From assembly GCA_958296135.2 (NCBI GenBank), contig CATQHZ020000001.1, positions 2,848,001 to 2,912,000 on the forward strand: 64,000 nt of DNA, in the 5' to 3' direction. Source of the stretch: an uncultured Poribacteria bacterium. GTDB taxonomy: Bacteria; Poribacteria; WGA-4E; WGA-3G. The stretch's first letter is position 1; each line of letters starts with the position of its first letter. Made by a program: the position numbers and the translations under genes. Below are positions 8,499 to 18,025 of this stretch, piece after piece. Under the pieces are notes generated by a model that was not told the origin of the DNA, did not search any database, and saw only the letters and a program-made list of their open reading frames with translations.

Positions 8499-9899
8499 CT
8501 ACCGGCGAGTTGCGTTGACAAAGTCACGAAGTTCGTTAATGACTTCGGTATAGTGCCCAGTTAATTCACCGTAATTCTGAACAAACCCCTTAGACAGCTC
8601 TTCAAAATACCCTGCTAGCCTGCTTAGGGATTCCGCTAATTCTTCCCGAAGGGCTTTGTCCAGACTGTCAACGTGATTTTTCATATCCTCTTTGTTACGC
8701 TCAACGATGTTCCCAAGTTCTAGGGCAGTGTCTTCTAAAGTTTTCTGCAGTTGCTTACACTGTTCTGTCAGTGCACGGCGTTGTTTTTCCATACTCTTAT
8801 GGGAATCAACAATCGCTGCACTAACCGATCCTGAAAACTCCTTCGTGAGATCGTCTAGTTGCTTTGCAATGATCGGAAAGGCATCAATAGCCTGCTGACG
8901 CAATTTACTGAACGCCTCTAATTGACCGTTTAAAGTATGAAGGAGAGGCTCCAGTTTTGCCGCGCAGTCAACAATACTACTGCTCTGCTCGGCGATTGTC
9001 CTTGAAGAACTCTCTATCTTTTCCAACGAGTCGCGAGACCGTTCAATGCTAGCCGCGGCAATCTGGAATTCGGAGGCAAGTTTGACCATCTGCTGGCGGT
9101 ACTGTTTTTGCCATTCTACGGTTTGCCTGACAGCCTCGTTGAGTTGCTTGAAGTTGTCACCAAACTGCTCGGAGATTTTGGTGTTGAAGTCCTCAATGAC
9201 GGTTTTGAGGGCATCAATTAATTCCTCAGTAGCGAGTTTCGCGATACTTTCAGCAAGGTTCTGTGAAAATGTCTGAAATTCCTTTACCAATAGGTCGTGC
9301 TTTTCGGCGGAGGTAGTTGCCAGTGCTTGCAATTGCGCCGAGAGAGACGCTTCCATTTCCTTTAATGTCCGCCGGGTTTGACTCCCCTCTTCACTTTGCA
9401 TCGTCGTTAACTCGGTATGATTTTTGGTAACAACCGTTTTAATGCCTCCTAAACTCCCTCGGGTCTCTTGTCCCTCTCTTTCCACGGTTGTCGTTAATGC
9501 TTTTAACTGTGAGGCGAGATTGCTTTCGCCTGATGTCTCAACCTTTGTTAGCGCGTCAATAAACGCCTTAATCGCTGGGTCGTCCCCGTCTCTAGTTTTG
9601 GATAGAGCTACGAACTTCAAACCGAGCGCGGATCCGATTCCTACGAGAGAAGTGAGGAAGGCAAGTTTGAGTCCTTCTAGTAAGGGCCCAATGCTCCCTT
9701 CAATGTTCTCAACGTTGAAACCCAGAAGTCCGATGAAGATACCCAGGAACGTTCCAAAGATACCGAAAACCGTTAAAATCGAGGCCCACGCGTTAGTCCG
9801 TGTATGCCACGCGTTATCTTCCGTAGACAGTTTCCGCCAAGCGACAACCAACAGGCCCATTTGGAAGAAAACAAAGAGAGCAAGAAGCCAATTTCCCAT
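8499..9899 (-). CDS. zorA: Zorya ZorA (MotA-like TM domain plus long coiled-coil tail)
   Basis: GIFGTFLGIFIGL...LLEGLKLAFLTSLVG; DFNTKISEQFGDNFKQLNEAV...WQKQY. Confidence 0.9.
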   Translation of the reverse strand: MGNWLLALFVFFQMGLLVVAWRKLSTEDNAWHTRTNAWASILTVFGIFGTFLGIFIGLLGFNVENIEGSIGPLLEGLKLAFLTSLVGIGSALGLKFVALSKTRDGDDPAIKAFIDALTKVETSGESNLASQLKALTTTVEREGQETRGSLGGIKTVVTKNHTELTTMQSEEGSQTRRTLKEMEASLSAQLQALATTSAEKHDLLVKEFQTFSQNLAESIAKLATEELIDALKTVIEDFNTKISEQFGDNFKQLNEAVRQTVEWQKQYRQQMVKLASEFQIAAASIERSRDSLEKIESSSRTIAEQSSSIVDCAAKLEPLLHTLNGQLEAFSKLRQQAIDAFPIIAKQLDDLTKEFSGSVSAAIVDSHKSMEKQRRALTEQCKQLQKTLEDTALELGNIVERNKEDMKNHVDSLDKALREELAESLSRLAGYFEELSKGFVQNYGELTGHYTEVINELRDFVNATRR

Positions 9900-9999
9900 C
9901 TAACATTCCTTAGCAGCGTAAAATAATACGTTAATTATTGCACGAAATGGACAAAAAGTCAAGAAAATTTTGCAAAACGCGCCAGGTTTTCAAAAATTC

Positions 10000-10689
10000 C
10001 TACGGATTGCAATGAAGGCACGGAGAGTAATATCGCTTGGCATCTTCCAATGATATGGAAATTTGACTTCTTCTCAAGAAACCGCACCCTGCACGATGAT
10101 ACTTACTTCCTGTTCGCGTGATGTAGACCGCGGTGTCAGCAGTTGGTAATGCCTGAGACGCTGTGACATCCCCACGAATGCTCTCCTTCACCTGCCACAA
10201 GCCTTTTTTCACCACCCGGGCGCGCCCTTCGTAGTACGAAAACTGTGAGAGGTGCGCGAATGGAACCAGTGTGCTCACCTGCGCATAGCCTTGCCGCACC
10301 ACCTCTAAATTCACGAATAGCCGATCCGGAGCTCGGTAAAGATACGCCTGCAAATCTTCAGCAGCTTCCGGCGCATTCGCCTCAAAGCGGAGATAGACAG
10401 ACTCACCAAGCAAGAGGTTGTGCAGGAACGCCGCCGCCTTTTCTCGCGCCACTTCAACCGGGTTATCAGGATGCATCACCTCTGGCATCTTCACGCCGAT
10501 GAGTTTGACACGCGTGGGAGTGCCTTCGTAGTGGAGCTCCACCGTGGCGGCATCGATGCCTTTGAGCACCGGGTAAGTAGTTTCGTCGGCGAACTCCGCA
10601 TCAGGATAGGGGAGTAGCCCGTTGTCGCTGTAGTCAACGGATACGAATCCGAAGACGAGTAGTAGTGCTAAGAATATTTTTAATTTCAT
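10000..10689 (-). CDS. Secreted thermonuclease (SNase-like), copy 2
   Basis: Paralog of 5898-6575: the first ~100 aa are nearly identical and the C-terminus has diverged (YHRAGC...PCLHCNP). Confidence 0.85.
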   Translation of the reverse strand: MKLKIFLALLLVFGFVSVDYSDNGLLPYPDAEFADETTYPVLKGIDAATVELHYEGTPTRVKLIGVKMPEVMHPDNPVEVAREKAAAFLHNLLLGESVYLRFEANAPEAAEDLQAYLYRAPDRLFVNLEVVRQGYAQVSTLVPFAHLSQFSYYEGRARVVKKGLWQVKESIRGDVTASQALPTADTAVYITRTGSKYHRAGCGFLRRSQISISLEDAKRYYSPCLHCNP

Positions 10690-10702
10690 GGATAAATCCT
10701 CC
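10408..10702. repeat. Right copy of the ~295-bp direct repeat flanking Zorya
   Basis: Matches 6294-6588. Confidence 0.9.
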
Positions 10703-10759
10703 GTTGCAGACTTCGCAGTCGATCGCCGCGTTGCATTCTAGCCATGAGGCTGTGAGAAC

Positions 10760-10999
10760 TTAAAACGGAATATCATCATCGGAAATGCGTGCGCGGTTGG
10801 CCTCCGCGCCGGCTGAGGGCTGCATCGCGTATTGCGGCACGAAGGTGGCTCCCACCTGTCGGGCGCAGGTGTCAAGCAGCGTTTGGAGTGGCAAGCTGAC
10901 TGCGCCTTCGTGCGTGATGACATGGAAATCGTATTGCCGGAGTGCTGCGTAATAGTTGCGGAGTGCTTTGCTATTGGGGGTGAGGTTTAGGTCTCGCAT
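10760..10999 (-). pseudogene. Truncated N-terminal fragment resembling type ISP/IIG restriction-modification enzymes
   Basis: LNLTPNSKALRNYYAALRQY...THEGAVSLPLQTLLDTCARQ resembles such N-termini (from recall), but the ORF ends after 79 aa. Promoter TTGACA(11034)-17-TATCAT(11006) lies upstream. Confidence 0.5.
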
Positions 11000-11228
11000 A
11001 GAGATATGATAATAGAAGTGGGTTTAAATGTCAAGGGGAAAATGATTTAGTTCAGTTCTCATTTTCTCCAGGTCAGGACCAGGGGCTCTGCTCATAAGGA
11101 TGCTGTCCTCATGCGACAAAAAACGCGGCGCGAGGCATAAACCTTCGCGCAGCGTTCTGATGAATTGGCTGGTTATTGTTACAAACGCTTTGATTAGTTA
11201 TTAGCTTACGTAAAGTTAAAATCACGAC

Positions 11229-11257
11229 TTGACATTTGGAGCGCGATATGCTATAAT
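11229..11257 (+). promoter_or_regulatory. Consensus sigma70 promoter
   Basis: TTGACA-17 bp-TATAAT with an extended TG. Confidence 0.85.
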
Positions 11258-11358
11258 TTTTGTTAAGATATCTACACAGGCGTACCCCGTAGGCGCGGTT
11301 TTCCTAAGAACGCGCTTTCAAAGCGCGCCCACCGGCGGAAATATAGGAGGAGTGCAAT

Positions 11359-13002
11359 ATGGAAAATCGACAAAGGAGAACCTTCGGTACCCGAGGTCCC
11401 GTGAATCCGCAACAGCACTACGTTGTCGCGCGCCCAGAAGAGCTCGCGGATTTCATTTACCGTGTCAAAGAGGGACGCTACATCGTCATCTTTGCGCCGC
11501 GACAAACGGGGAAGACAACGTTTTTCCGCCGCGTCTTGGATACCGTCGCGGTGGAAGAACCGGACTATTTTCCGCTTGAACTGAATTTTGAGATGTATAA
11601 AAACCTCACCGCGGCGGCTTTTTACGCGAATCTCTATGAAGAGCTCCTAGAGGCAATTGAGGTAAGTTTCCAGTGGCAGGGGAGCGTTCCCTCTGAAGCT
11701 TTAACGCAATTTTTGGAGAGTGCAAAGCCCGCCGACCATCTCTCCCTGAGGCGTTTCTTTAGAAGGCTTCCGAGTCTGCTCGGTGCGCAGCGGGTGGTGC
11801 TCATCATCGACGAATTTGATGGCATTCCGCCGGTGGTCCTGAGTGATTTTCTTCATACGCTTCGGCGCATTTATCACACCGATTTGTCCATGCGGAGCCC
11901 TTACAGCGTTGGCATCGTCGGTGTGAAGGACATCACGCAGCTCAACTATGACAGGAGCATTTCGCCGTTTAATATCCAAGATGAATTCTTTTTGCCGCCT
12001 TTCACGCAGGAACAGGTGGCGGAGCTCCTTGGACAATACACGGCAGAAGTCGGACAAGCCTTCACGCCGGAAGTTGTTGAGACACTGCATCGGCAGACCG
12101 GGGGACAGCCGTTTCTCGTCAACCGTCTTGCGGAGATACTTACCGAGGAGATGGGTATCCCGAGAACCGAACCGATTACCCTCGTGCACTTTGCCAAGGC
12201 ACACACGACACTCCTGCATGAGGATAACGTCAACTTTAACCATCTCACAACCAATGTCCGGCGGGATGCGCGCTTTGAAAGCGTCCTGATGCAGATTGCG
12301 TCTGGGAAAGGGCTTCTCTTCACGCCGCGCAATGAAGTCATACGTGAACTGGCCACCTACGGTGTTATTCAAAGGGGGCGCGGTGGGATGTGTGAGATTG
12401 TCAACCCGATTTATCAGCGTTGCATTATGCAGGCGTTCCAACCCCCCATTAACGGATTGGAGCGGGACTATTTCCCGGAAGATACCTGCCCAAAGGGCTC
12501 GGATTATCTCACGCCGGCTGGGGAGTTGAACATGGAGTTGCTGCTGAATAACTTCCAGGACTTCATTGCCCGTGTCGGTTTTCGCATCCTCCAAGTTCCC
12601 GGCATTCCTAGGGAGTCGGTAGGGCAGCATTTGCTTGCAACCTACCTTGATGCGTTTGTGCAGATGGTGGGAGGTGACATGTATTTGGAACTGCCAACCG
12701 GGCGTGGCCGGATGGATCTGGTGGTGTTCCACAAGAATCGGAAATATATCGTCGAGATCAAACTTTGGCAAGGCGCGCAGAGTTATGAGGGCGGCAAGAA
12801 ACAGTTGGCAGCCTATCTCAAATCGGAGAAGGTTTCGGAAGGCTACTACGTCGTCTTCGATCATCGTCCGCATCCGGCACCTTGCTCCGAGACAGAAACG
12901 GTGGATGGGTTACGGATTCGGAGTTACGTGATTCCGGTGGTGCAGGAGCGGCCGGCCGATCTCTCGGAGGAAGAGGCGGCGTACAGGCAGTTTTCTCAAT
13001 AA
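11359..13002 (+). CDS. AAA-like ATPase with a C-terminal PD-(D/E)XK nuclease-like domain
   Basis: Walker A APRQTGKTT, Walker B LIIDEFD, TGGQPFLVN, and C-terminal GRMDLVV...IVEIK; AGGAGG SD. Confidence 0.85.
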   Translation: MENRQRRTFGTRGPVNPQQHYVVARPEELADFIYRVKEGRYIVIFAPRQTGKTTFFRRVLDTVAVEEPDYFPLELNFEMYKNLTAAAFYANLYEELLEAIEVSFQWQGSVPSEALTQFLESAKPADHLSLRRFFRRLPSLLGAQRVVLIIDEFDGIPPVVLSDFLHTLRRIYHTDLSMRSPYSVGIVGVKDITQLNYDRSISPFNIQDEFFLPPFTQEQVAELLGQYTAEVGQAFTPEVVETLHRQTGGQPFLVNRLAEILTEEMGIPRTEPITLVHFAKAHTTLLHEDNVNFNHLTTNVRRDARFESVLMQIASGKGLLFTPRNEVIRELATYGVIQRGRGGMCEIVNPIYQRCIMQAFQPPINGLERDYFPEDTCPKGSDYLTPAGELNMELLLNNFQDFIARVGFRILQVPGIPRESVGQHLLATYLDAFVQMVGGDMYLELPTGRGRMDLVVFHKNRKYIVEIKLWQGAQSYEGGKKQLAAYLKSEKVSEGYYVVFDHRPHPAPCSETETVDGLRIRSYVIPVVQERPADLSEEEAAYRQFSQ

Positions 13003-13031
13003 TCGCCATGGGTGCCGTTGGGCGATTTGCA

Positions 13032-14498
13032 TCAATCCAACGGAAACATCGGCCGCCGAATTTCCTGATACGTAAAATGCTGCGGATTCACCGCTGTCAG
13101 CCCCGGTGTGTCCACCTCAATAATTTCGCCGGCGATAGGTTCGTAGGCGGCGCGGTAGGCAATTGCTGCCTTGACAACGATAATCTGCATCGCCTGCGGC
13201 TGAATGCCGAGGCTGAGCAACTGATGCAGGCTAAACGGCGTTTGTCGTTTGCTCGTTAGGACAACGAGTGCACGACACGGGGATGCTAATTCAATCACAG
13301 TTGTCAGGCCCTGATTATGATATTTGTGTCCGCCGTGCCGGGGTTCTGTCTCGACAAAATGCCCATCGTGAATGAGGCGGATGCTGCCGCGAATGGGAAT
13401 GGGTTCGCCGTGCAGCGTATCTGTCTTTCCACCGACGCTGAGCGCAACGTTTTCGCCAACACCGGTGTGCAGACATGTCTTCACACTCTCGGCATCACAG
13501 AGGACGACGACAAACCCTGCGGCCTTCTGTTTCAGCAGTTCTGCGAGAATAACGGTGCTATCCCCCGGCGAGCCGCCGCCGATGTTATCGCCCATTTCAA
13601 CGAGGATGACGGGATGCTTTTCGGAGTGGATGGCTTGCCGGACTGCCGCCGCTGCATCGGGCAAATCGAGCGTCAGTTGCCCGCGGACATGCCACAACAT
13701 ATCCGATAACCTGTCTGCTTCTCTTCGTGCAAGCCGTAGATTATCATCCGTGACGACGACGAAGGAGGGGCCTGCCTCAGGGACATCGGCGTAGGGATAC
13801 CCCGCGGCGACATTTGCGACAAGGACATCGTCCCGCGCCTCTAATTCAGCAGCGGCGTTAAGAATAGAATGCAGCGGCTCAGCACTCGTGTTTTGATAAC
13901 GGATATTGAGGAGCATCGGCGGTTTTGACAATGCCTGCGTCGGCGTGATGCCTTCACAAAGGATGCGGTTTAGCAGTGCCGCTGCCTGAAGCCCGCGTTG
14001 CCGCTGGTCTGTGTGCGGATTCGTCTTGTAAATCACAAGTGCTGTGGAGTGGGAAACCATCGCTTCGGAAACGTTGGCGTGATGGTCCAACGTGACAACG
14101 ATAGGCAATTCCTCCGGGAGAACCGTCCGCAGTCGGCGTAGTAATTCGCCATCCCCATCGGGATGACTCTCCACTACCATTGCTCCGTGCAGCGCGAGCA
14201 GTAATCCATCATATTTCGGTGCTGAAACGTTGAGACGTTGGATGAGCAGATCGGTGAGCCGGTCGAAAGCGGCATCAGTGACGCGGCCCGCTGGCGTTGC
14301 AGAAGCCATGAGGGTAGGATAGCGGCGGTTGCCGTGATGTGCGGCCCCGTGAATAAAACCGCCCATTTCATGGTGTGTGTCTGCCCAGGCATCGACTATT
14401 TCATCGCCAAGCGAGGTGTGAAACGCGTCAAAATCGGTTGGTGTATCGCTAAATGTGTTGGATTCGTGCATTATGCCGCCGATGGCAATCGTTTGCAT
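13032..14498 (-). CDS. M81 family (MlrC-like) metallopeptidase
   Basis: GIMHESNTFS, LALHGAMV, TLDHHAN, YKTNPHTD and DNIGGGSPGD motifs. Confidence 0.9.
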   Translation of the reverse strand: MQTIAIGGIMHESNTFSDTPTDFDAFHTSLGDEIVDAWADTHHEMGGFIHGAAHHGNRRYPTLMASATPAGRVTDAAFDRLTDLLIQRLNVSAPKYDGLLLALHGAMVVESHPDGDGELLRRLRTVLPEELPIVVTLDHHANVSEAMVSHSTALVIYKTNPHTDQRQRGLQAAALLNRILCEGITPTQALSKPPMLLNIRYQNTSAEPLHSILNAAAELEARDDVLVANVAAGYPYADVPEAGPSFVVVTDDNLRLARREADRLSDMLWHVRGQLTLDLPDAAAAVRQAIHSEKHPVILVEMGDNIGGGSPGDSTVILAELLKQKAAGFVVVLCDAESVKTCLHTGVGENVALSVGGKTDTLHGEPIPIRGSIRLIHDGHFVETEPRHGGHKYHNQGLTTVIELASPCRALVVLTSKRQTPFSLHQLLSLGIQPQAMQIIVVKAAIAYRAAYEPIAGEIIEVDTPGLTAVNPQHFTYQEIRRPMFPLD

Positions 14499-14553
14499 AA
14501 GGTTCTCCGGGGACTCAACAGAATTGGGATTTTCGTCACTCCTGAAAAAATTC

Positions 14554-14583
14554 TTGACATATCGGTGCTAAATATGGTATCAT
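14554..14583 (+). promoter_or_regulatory. Sigma70-type promoter
   Basis: TTGACA-18 bp-TATCAT. Confidence 0.55.
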
Positions 14584-14610
14584 ATTTTTAGAATCTAAAT
14601 CATCAAAAAC

Positions 14611-15249
14611 GTGAAGATTGGAATTATGGTTTGTAGTGGGAAAAGCCAGATTGAATACGCCCTTGAGATTGCGGCGAAAGCGCATCAGGGACAATACCGG
14701 AAAGGCACTGACACGCCCTACATCTCGCATCCGTATGCTGTCGGGTTGCTGTTGACAGAGGCAGGTTGCACCGAGGCGGTTATTATCGCCGGCATTCTGC
14801 ACGATACCGTTGAAGATACGCCTCTGACGTTAGATTTCATTCGGGAGGCGTTTGGCGAGCAGGTTGCGACTATCGTTGATGGCTGTACTGAAAATAAAGG
14901 TTTGCGGTGGCGCGCCCGGAAAACGGAACGCATAGAGGCGTTGAGAACCGCCAGCATGGAGGTGTGTCTCGTTACGTGTGCGGACAAACTCCACAACCTG
15001 CGCACCATCATCTCAGAATATGAGCAGATTGGCGATGCGGTGTGGGAACGATTCCACGGCGAAGTGGCAGACCAGGCGTGGTATTATCGCAGCATGACGC
15101 ACGGGCTCCAGACACAGCTCACCTCAATAAAAAGTGGACAAAAACAAGGAGAATGTGATAAACTAGTTGCTAGCGTTGTTAATCGGCAATTCGATTCCAT
15201 CTTTCAACAGCTTCAGCGTGCTGTAGCCTATTTATTTAATGGAGAATAG
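14611..15249 (+). CDS. HD-domain protein, small alarmone hydrolase/Mesh1-like
   Basis: AHQGQYRK...PYISHP...ILHDTVEDT...ADKLHNLR. Confidence 0.85.
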   Translation: MKIGIMVCSGKSQIEYALEIAAKAHQGQYRKGTDTPYISHPYAVGLLLTEAGCTEAVIIAGILHDTVEDTPLTLDFIREAFGEQVATIVDGCTENKGLRWRARKTERIEALRTASMEVCLVTCADKLHNLRTIISEYEQIGDAVWERFHGEVADQAWYYRSMTHGLQTQLTSIKSGQKQGECDKLVASVVNRQFDSIFQQLQRAVAYLFNGE

Positions 15250-15320
15250 GATGGACGCGGAACAAACCGTTTAGGCGCGCCTACCGGATTAGGATTTGCG
15301 TAAGTCATAGGAGAAAACCA

Positions 15321-16217
15321 ATGAAGATTGCGTATGCTTTTCGGCGATGTGCATCGTATCCGTATAACGGGCCTGGGTTACCCACCGATGCCTCGGAGAG
15401 ACGACAATTTTTGGCGAAAGCGAAAGAAATCGGGTTTGATGGGATAGAACTTCCGGCGATGAGCCTAGGGGACGCGGCGGTAAAAACGCTTCGCGCTGAA
15501 CTTGAGGATGCCGGTGTGCCGTGCGTTGCAATTCGCGGTGGCGGCGGAGCCGCGCATCCCCGCGTCGCTGCCGCCAACAAGGGACGGATGGAAGACGCTG
15601 TCCATTTTGCATCTAAAGTTGGCGCGAGCATCGTCAATTCTACCGTGACTACGCCGCCTCGCGACCCGAGTGGCAAAGGCACCTATCGCGGCGAATCGGT
15701 GTCGCAAGGTTCCAGCCGATATGCAAGCGAGGCGGATTATGAACGCACCGCGAGTGCCGTCGCGGATGTTGCCAACATCGCGGCAGAGCTCGGTGTAGAA
15801 ATTTCCATTGAAGTCCATCAAAACTCCATTGCGGATAACTCTTGGGCGACGTTGCATCTGCTTGAGTTGATTGATGCGCCGAACGTCGGCATCAATCCGG
15901 ACTTGGGCAACATCTATTGGACTTACGATATTCCGGAGGAATCGTGTGAGGATGCGATTGTCGCCCTCGCGCCGCGTGTCAACTATTGGCACTGCAAGAG
16001 CCTCTACCGCGTCCATATTCCGGATTTAGAGACGGCTATCTATTTGCAGGTGCCGCTGCACGATGGCGAAATTGACTACCGCTTCGCCATTGCCGCGCTG
16101 TTGGATGTCGGCTACGACGGTTATCTCGCGATTGAAGGTGTCCGCTACGGAGACCAGTTCCATCAGGACGGTGCCAGCGTCGCGTATGTCAAATCTGTGT
16201 TAGCCGAATTGGGTTGA
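15321..16217 (+). CDS. Sugar phosphate isomerase/epimerase (xylose isomerase-like TIM barrel)
   Basis: GFDGIEL, ISIEVH, NPDLGN, WHCK and GYDGYLAIE motifs. Confidence 0.85.
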   Translation: MKIAYAFRRCASYPYNGPGLPTDASERRQFLAKAKEIGFDGIELPAMSLGDAAVKTLRAELEDAGVPCVAIRGGGGAAHPRVAAANKGRMEDAVHFASKVGASIVNSTVTTPPRDPSGKGTYRGESVSQGSSRYASEADYERTASAVADVANIAAELGVEISIEVHQNSIADNSWATLHLLELIDAPNVGINPDLGNIYWTYDIPEESCEDAIVALAPRVNYWHCKSLYRVHIPDLETAIYLQVPLHDGEIDYRFAIAALLDVGYDGYLAIEGVRYGDQFHQDGASVAYVKSVLAELG

Positions 16218-16280
16218 GACGTAATGCAGTGACATGCAGCGACTGTGGGGGACGGGCCTCCGCGCTACGGAAAATAAAAA

Positions 16281-17372
16281 ATGACACGACAGAAAATCCG
16301 CCTTACTGCCACCGTGAAATGCGCTGGGTGAGCGTCAAAACTGGCTCCGGGGGAGCTTGCACACGTTTTGAGCAATATACCCAGGTCGACGGACCCGCAC
16401 CTGCTTGTCGGTACCGAGACATCCGATGATGCGGGCATTTATCGGCTTTCCGATGAGTTGGCGCTCGTCAACACGGTGGACTATTTCACGCCGATTGTGG
16501 ATGAGCCTTACACGTTCGGTGCTATCGCCGCGACGAATTCGCTCAGCGATGTCTACAGCATGGGTGGCACGCCGAAAACGGCGTTGAACATCACCTGCTG
16601 GCCGAAGGCTGACTTGGAGTTATCGGTGCTCGGTGAAATCATCCGTGGCGGAACCGATAAGGTGCTTGAGTCGGGGGCTGCGCTCGTCGGTGGACATACC
16701 GTTGATTCGCCGGAGCTCATGTATGGGCTCGCCGTGACAGGCGTTGTGCATCCGGAGCGGTTTGTGAGAAACTATGGCGCGCGCCCCGGCGATGTGCTGA
16801 TTCTTACCAAGAAACTCGGCATCGGTATTTTGACGACTGGGTTGAAATTCAATAAGATTGGCGATGAAGTGTTGCCGAAGATAGTGGCATCCATGACACG
16901 CCTCAACGCTTACGCCTCCAAAGTGATGCTGAAATATGGCGCGCATGCCTGCACCGATGTCACCGGTTATGGATTGCTTGGGCACGGAATGGAGATGGCA
17001 GAAGGCAATAACGTTGCCTTGAGAATCGACAGTCGTGCTGTGCCGTTTTTTGCCGAAGCACCAGAACTCGTCGCACAAGATACCTACACGCAGGCGTATC
17101 TGGCGAATATGGCGTTTCTCGCTGATAAGGTCACCTTTCATTCGGGAGGTGGGGGCGGCCATGAACGACATCCGCCCCTACAAAACGGGGCTTCAATTGA
17201 CACGGTGCGCCATATCCTCATGGAGGCAGAAACCTCCGGCGGATTGCTCTTCGCGCTGTCTGCTGAACACGCGGATGCTGCGTTAACTGAACTGCACGCC
17301 GGCGATTGTCCGGAAGCCGCCATCATCGGTGAAGTTGTCGCGGCGGAAACGGCGCATATTGAAGTTTTTTAG
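16281..17372 (+). CDS. selD: Selenide, water dikinase SelD, selenocysteine-containing (UGA at 16329-16331)
   Basis: ATG 16281 gives MTRQKIRLTATVKCAG-U-ASKLAPGEL in frame with the 16368 ORF; DDAGIY, TVDYFTPIVD and TDVTGYGLLGH motifs. Confidence 0.92.
16343..16357 (+). promoter_or_regulatory. Candidate bacterial SECIS hairpin
   Basis: GGCTCC-GGG-GGAGCT stem-loop starting 11 nt after the UGA. Confidence 0.55.
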
Positions 17373-17497
17373 GCCGGGCGCGAAATTTCAATAGGCATTA
17401 CTTAGCAGAAGGCTATCTCTGCGTCAAGGTGCGCGGGGGAAACCCTCGGCAGTTAGTGACTGCCGGGCCCCCGCGCTACGCTTAATTTTAGAGATAA

Positions 17498-18025
17498 ATG
17501 ACAAAGACAGAACTTGCCACACACATTCGGGAAGCCGCCTATCTGACCGGGGAGTTTAAACTCCGTTCCGGCAAAATCAGCCACTTTTACTGGGACAAAT
17601 ACCGGTTTGAGAGCAATCCGGTCCTGCTGTCCGCTATCGCAAAGGAGATGACGAAACGGCTTCCCGGAAACATAGACGGCCTCGCCGGGTTAGAGCTCGG
17701 CGGCATTCCGCTCGCGACCGCGCTTTCCTTGCAAACTGGCCATCCCTGCTACTACGTCCGCAAGGCTCCAAAAGACTACGGGACTTGTAACCTTATTGAA
17801 GGCGGGGTGCCGAAAGGTGCCAATCTTGTCGTCATTGAAGATGTGATTACCACCGCCGGCCAGGTTTGCACCTCTATTGAGCAGATGCGCGCCGAAGGGA
17901 TTGTCGTTGAACACGTCATCGCCGCTATTGACAGACAGGCAGGCGGCGAAGAGAAAATCAAAGCACTAGGTTGCACGTTCGCGGCTGTTTTCACACTGGC
18001 AGAATTGAATGAGGTAACCTTTTGA
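17498..18025 (+). CDS. pyrE: Orotate phosphoribosyltransferase
   Basis: FKLRSGKIS, VRKAPKDYG and the PRPP motif VVIEDVITTAG. Confidence 0.92.
   Translation: MTKTELATHIREAAYLTGEFKLRSGKISHFYWDKYRFESNPVLLSAIAKEMTKRLPGNIDGLAGLELGGIPLATALSLQTGHPCYYVRKAPKDYGTCNLIEGGVPKGANLVVIEDVITTAGQVCTSIEQMRAEGIVVEHVIAAIDRQAGGEEKIKALGCTFAAVFTLAELNEVTF

Noticed and set aside
11701-12873. Long antisense ORFs (also 33256-34464, 2031-2924, 50273-51076)
   Set aside because: Shadow frames of well-supported genes in GC-rich DNA, with no motifs.
16368-17372. selD starting at TTG 16368, or a selD pseudogene
   Set aside because: The conserved N-terminus continues upstream through a UGA at the catalytic Cys/Sec position.
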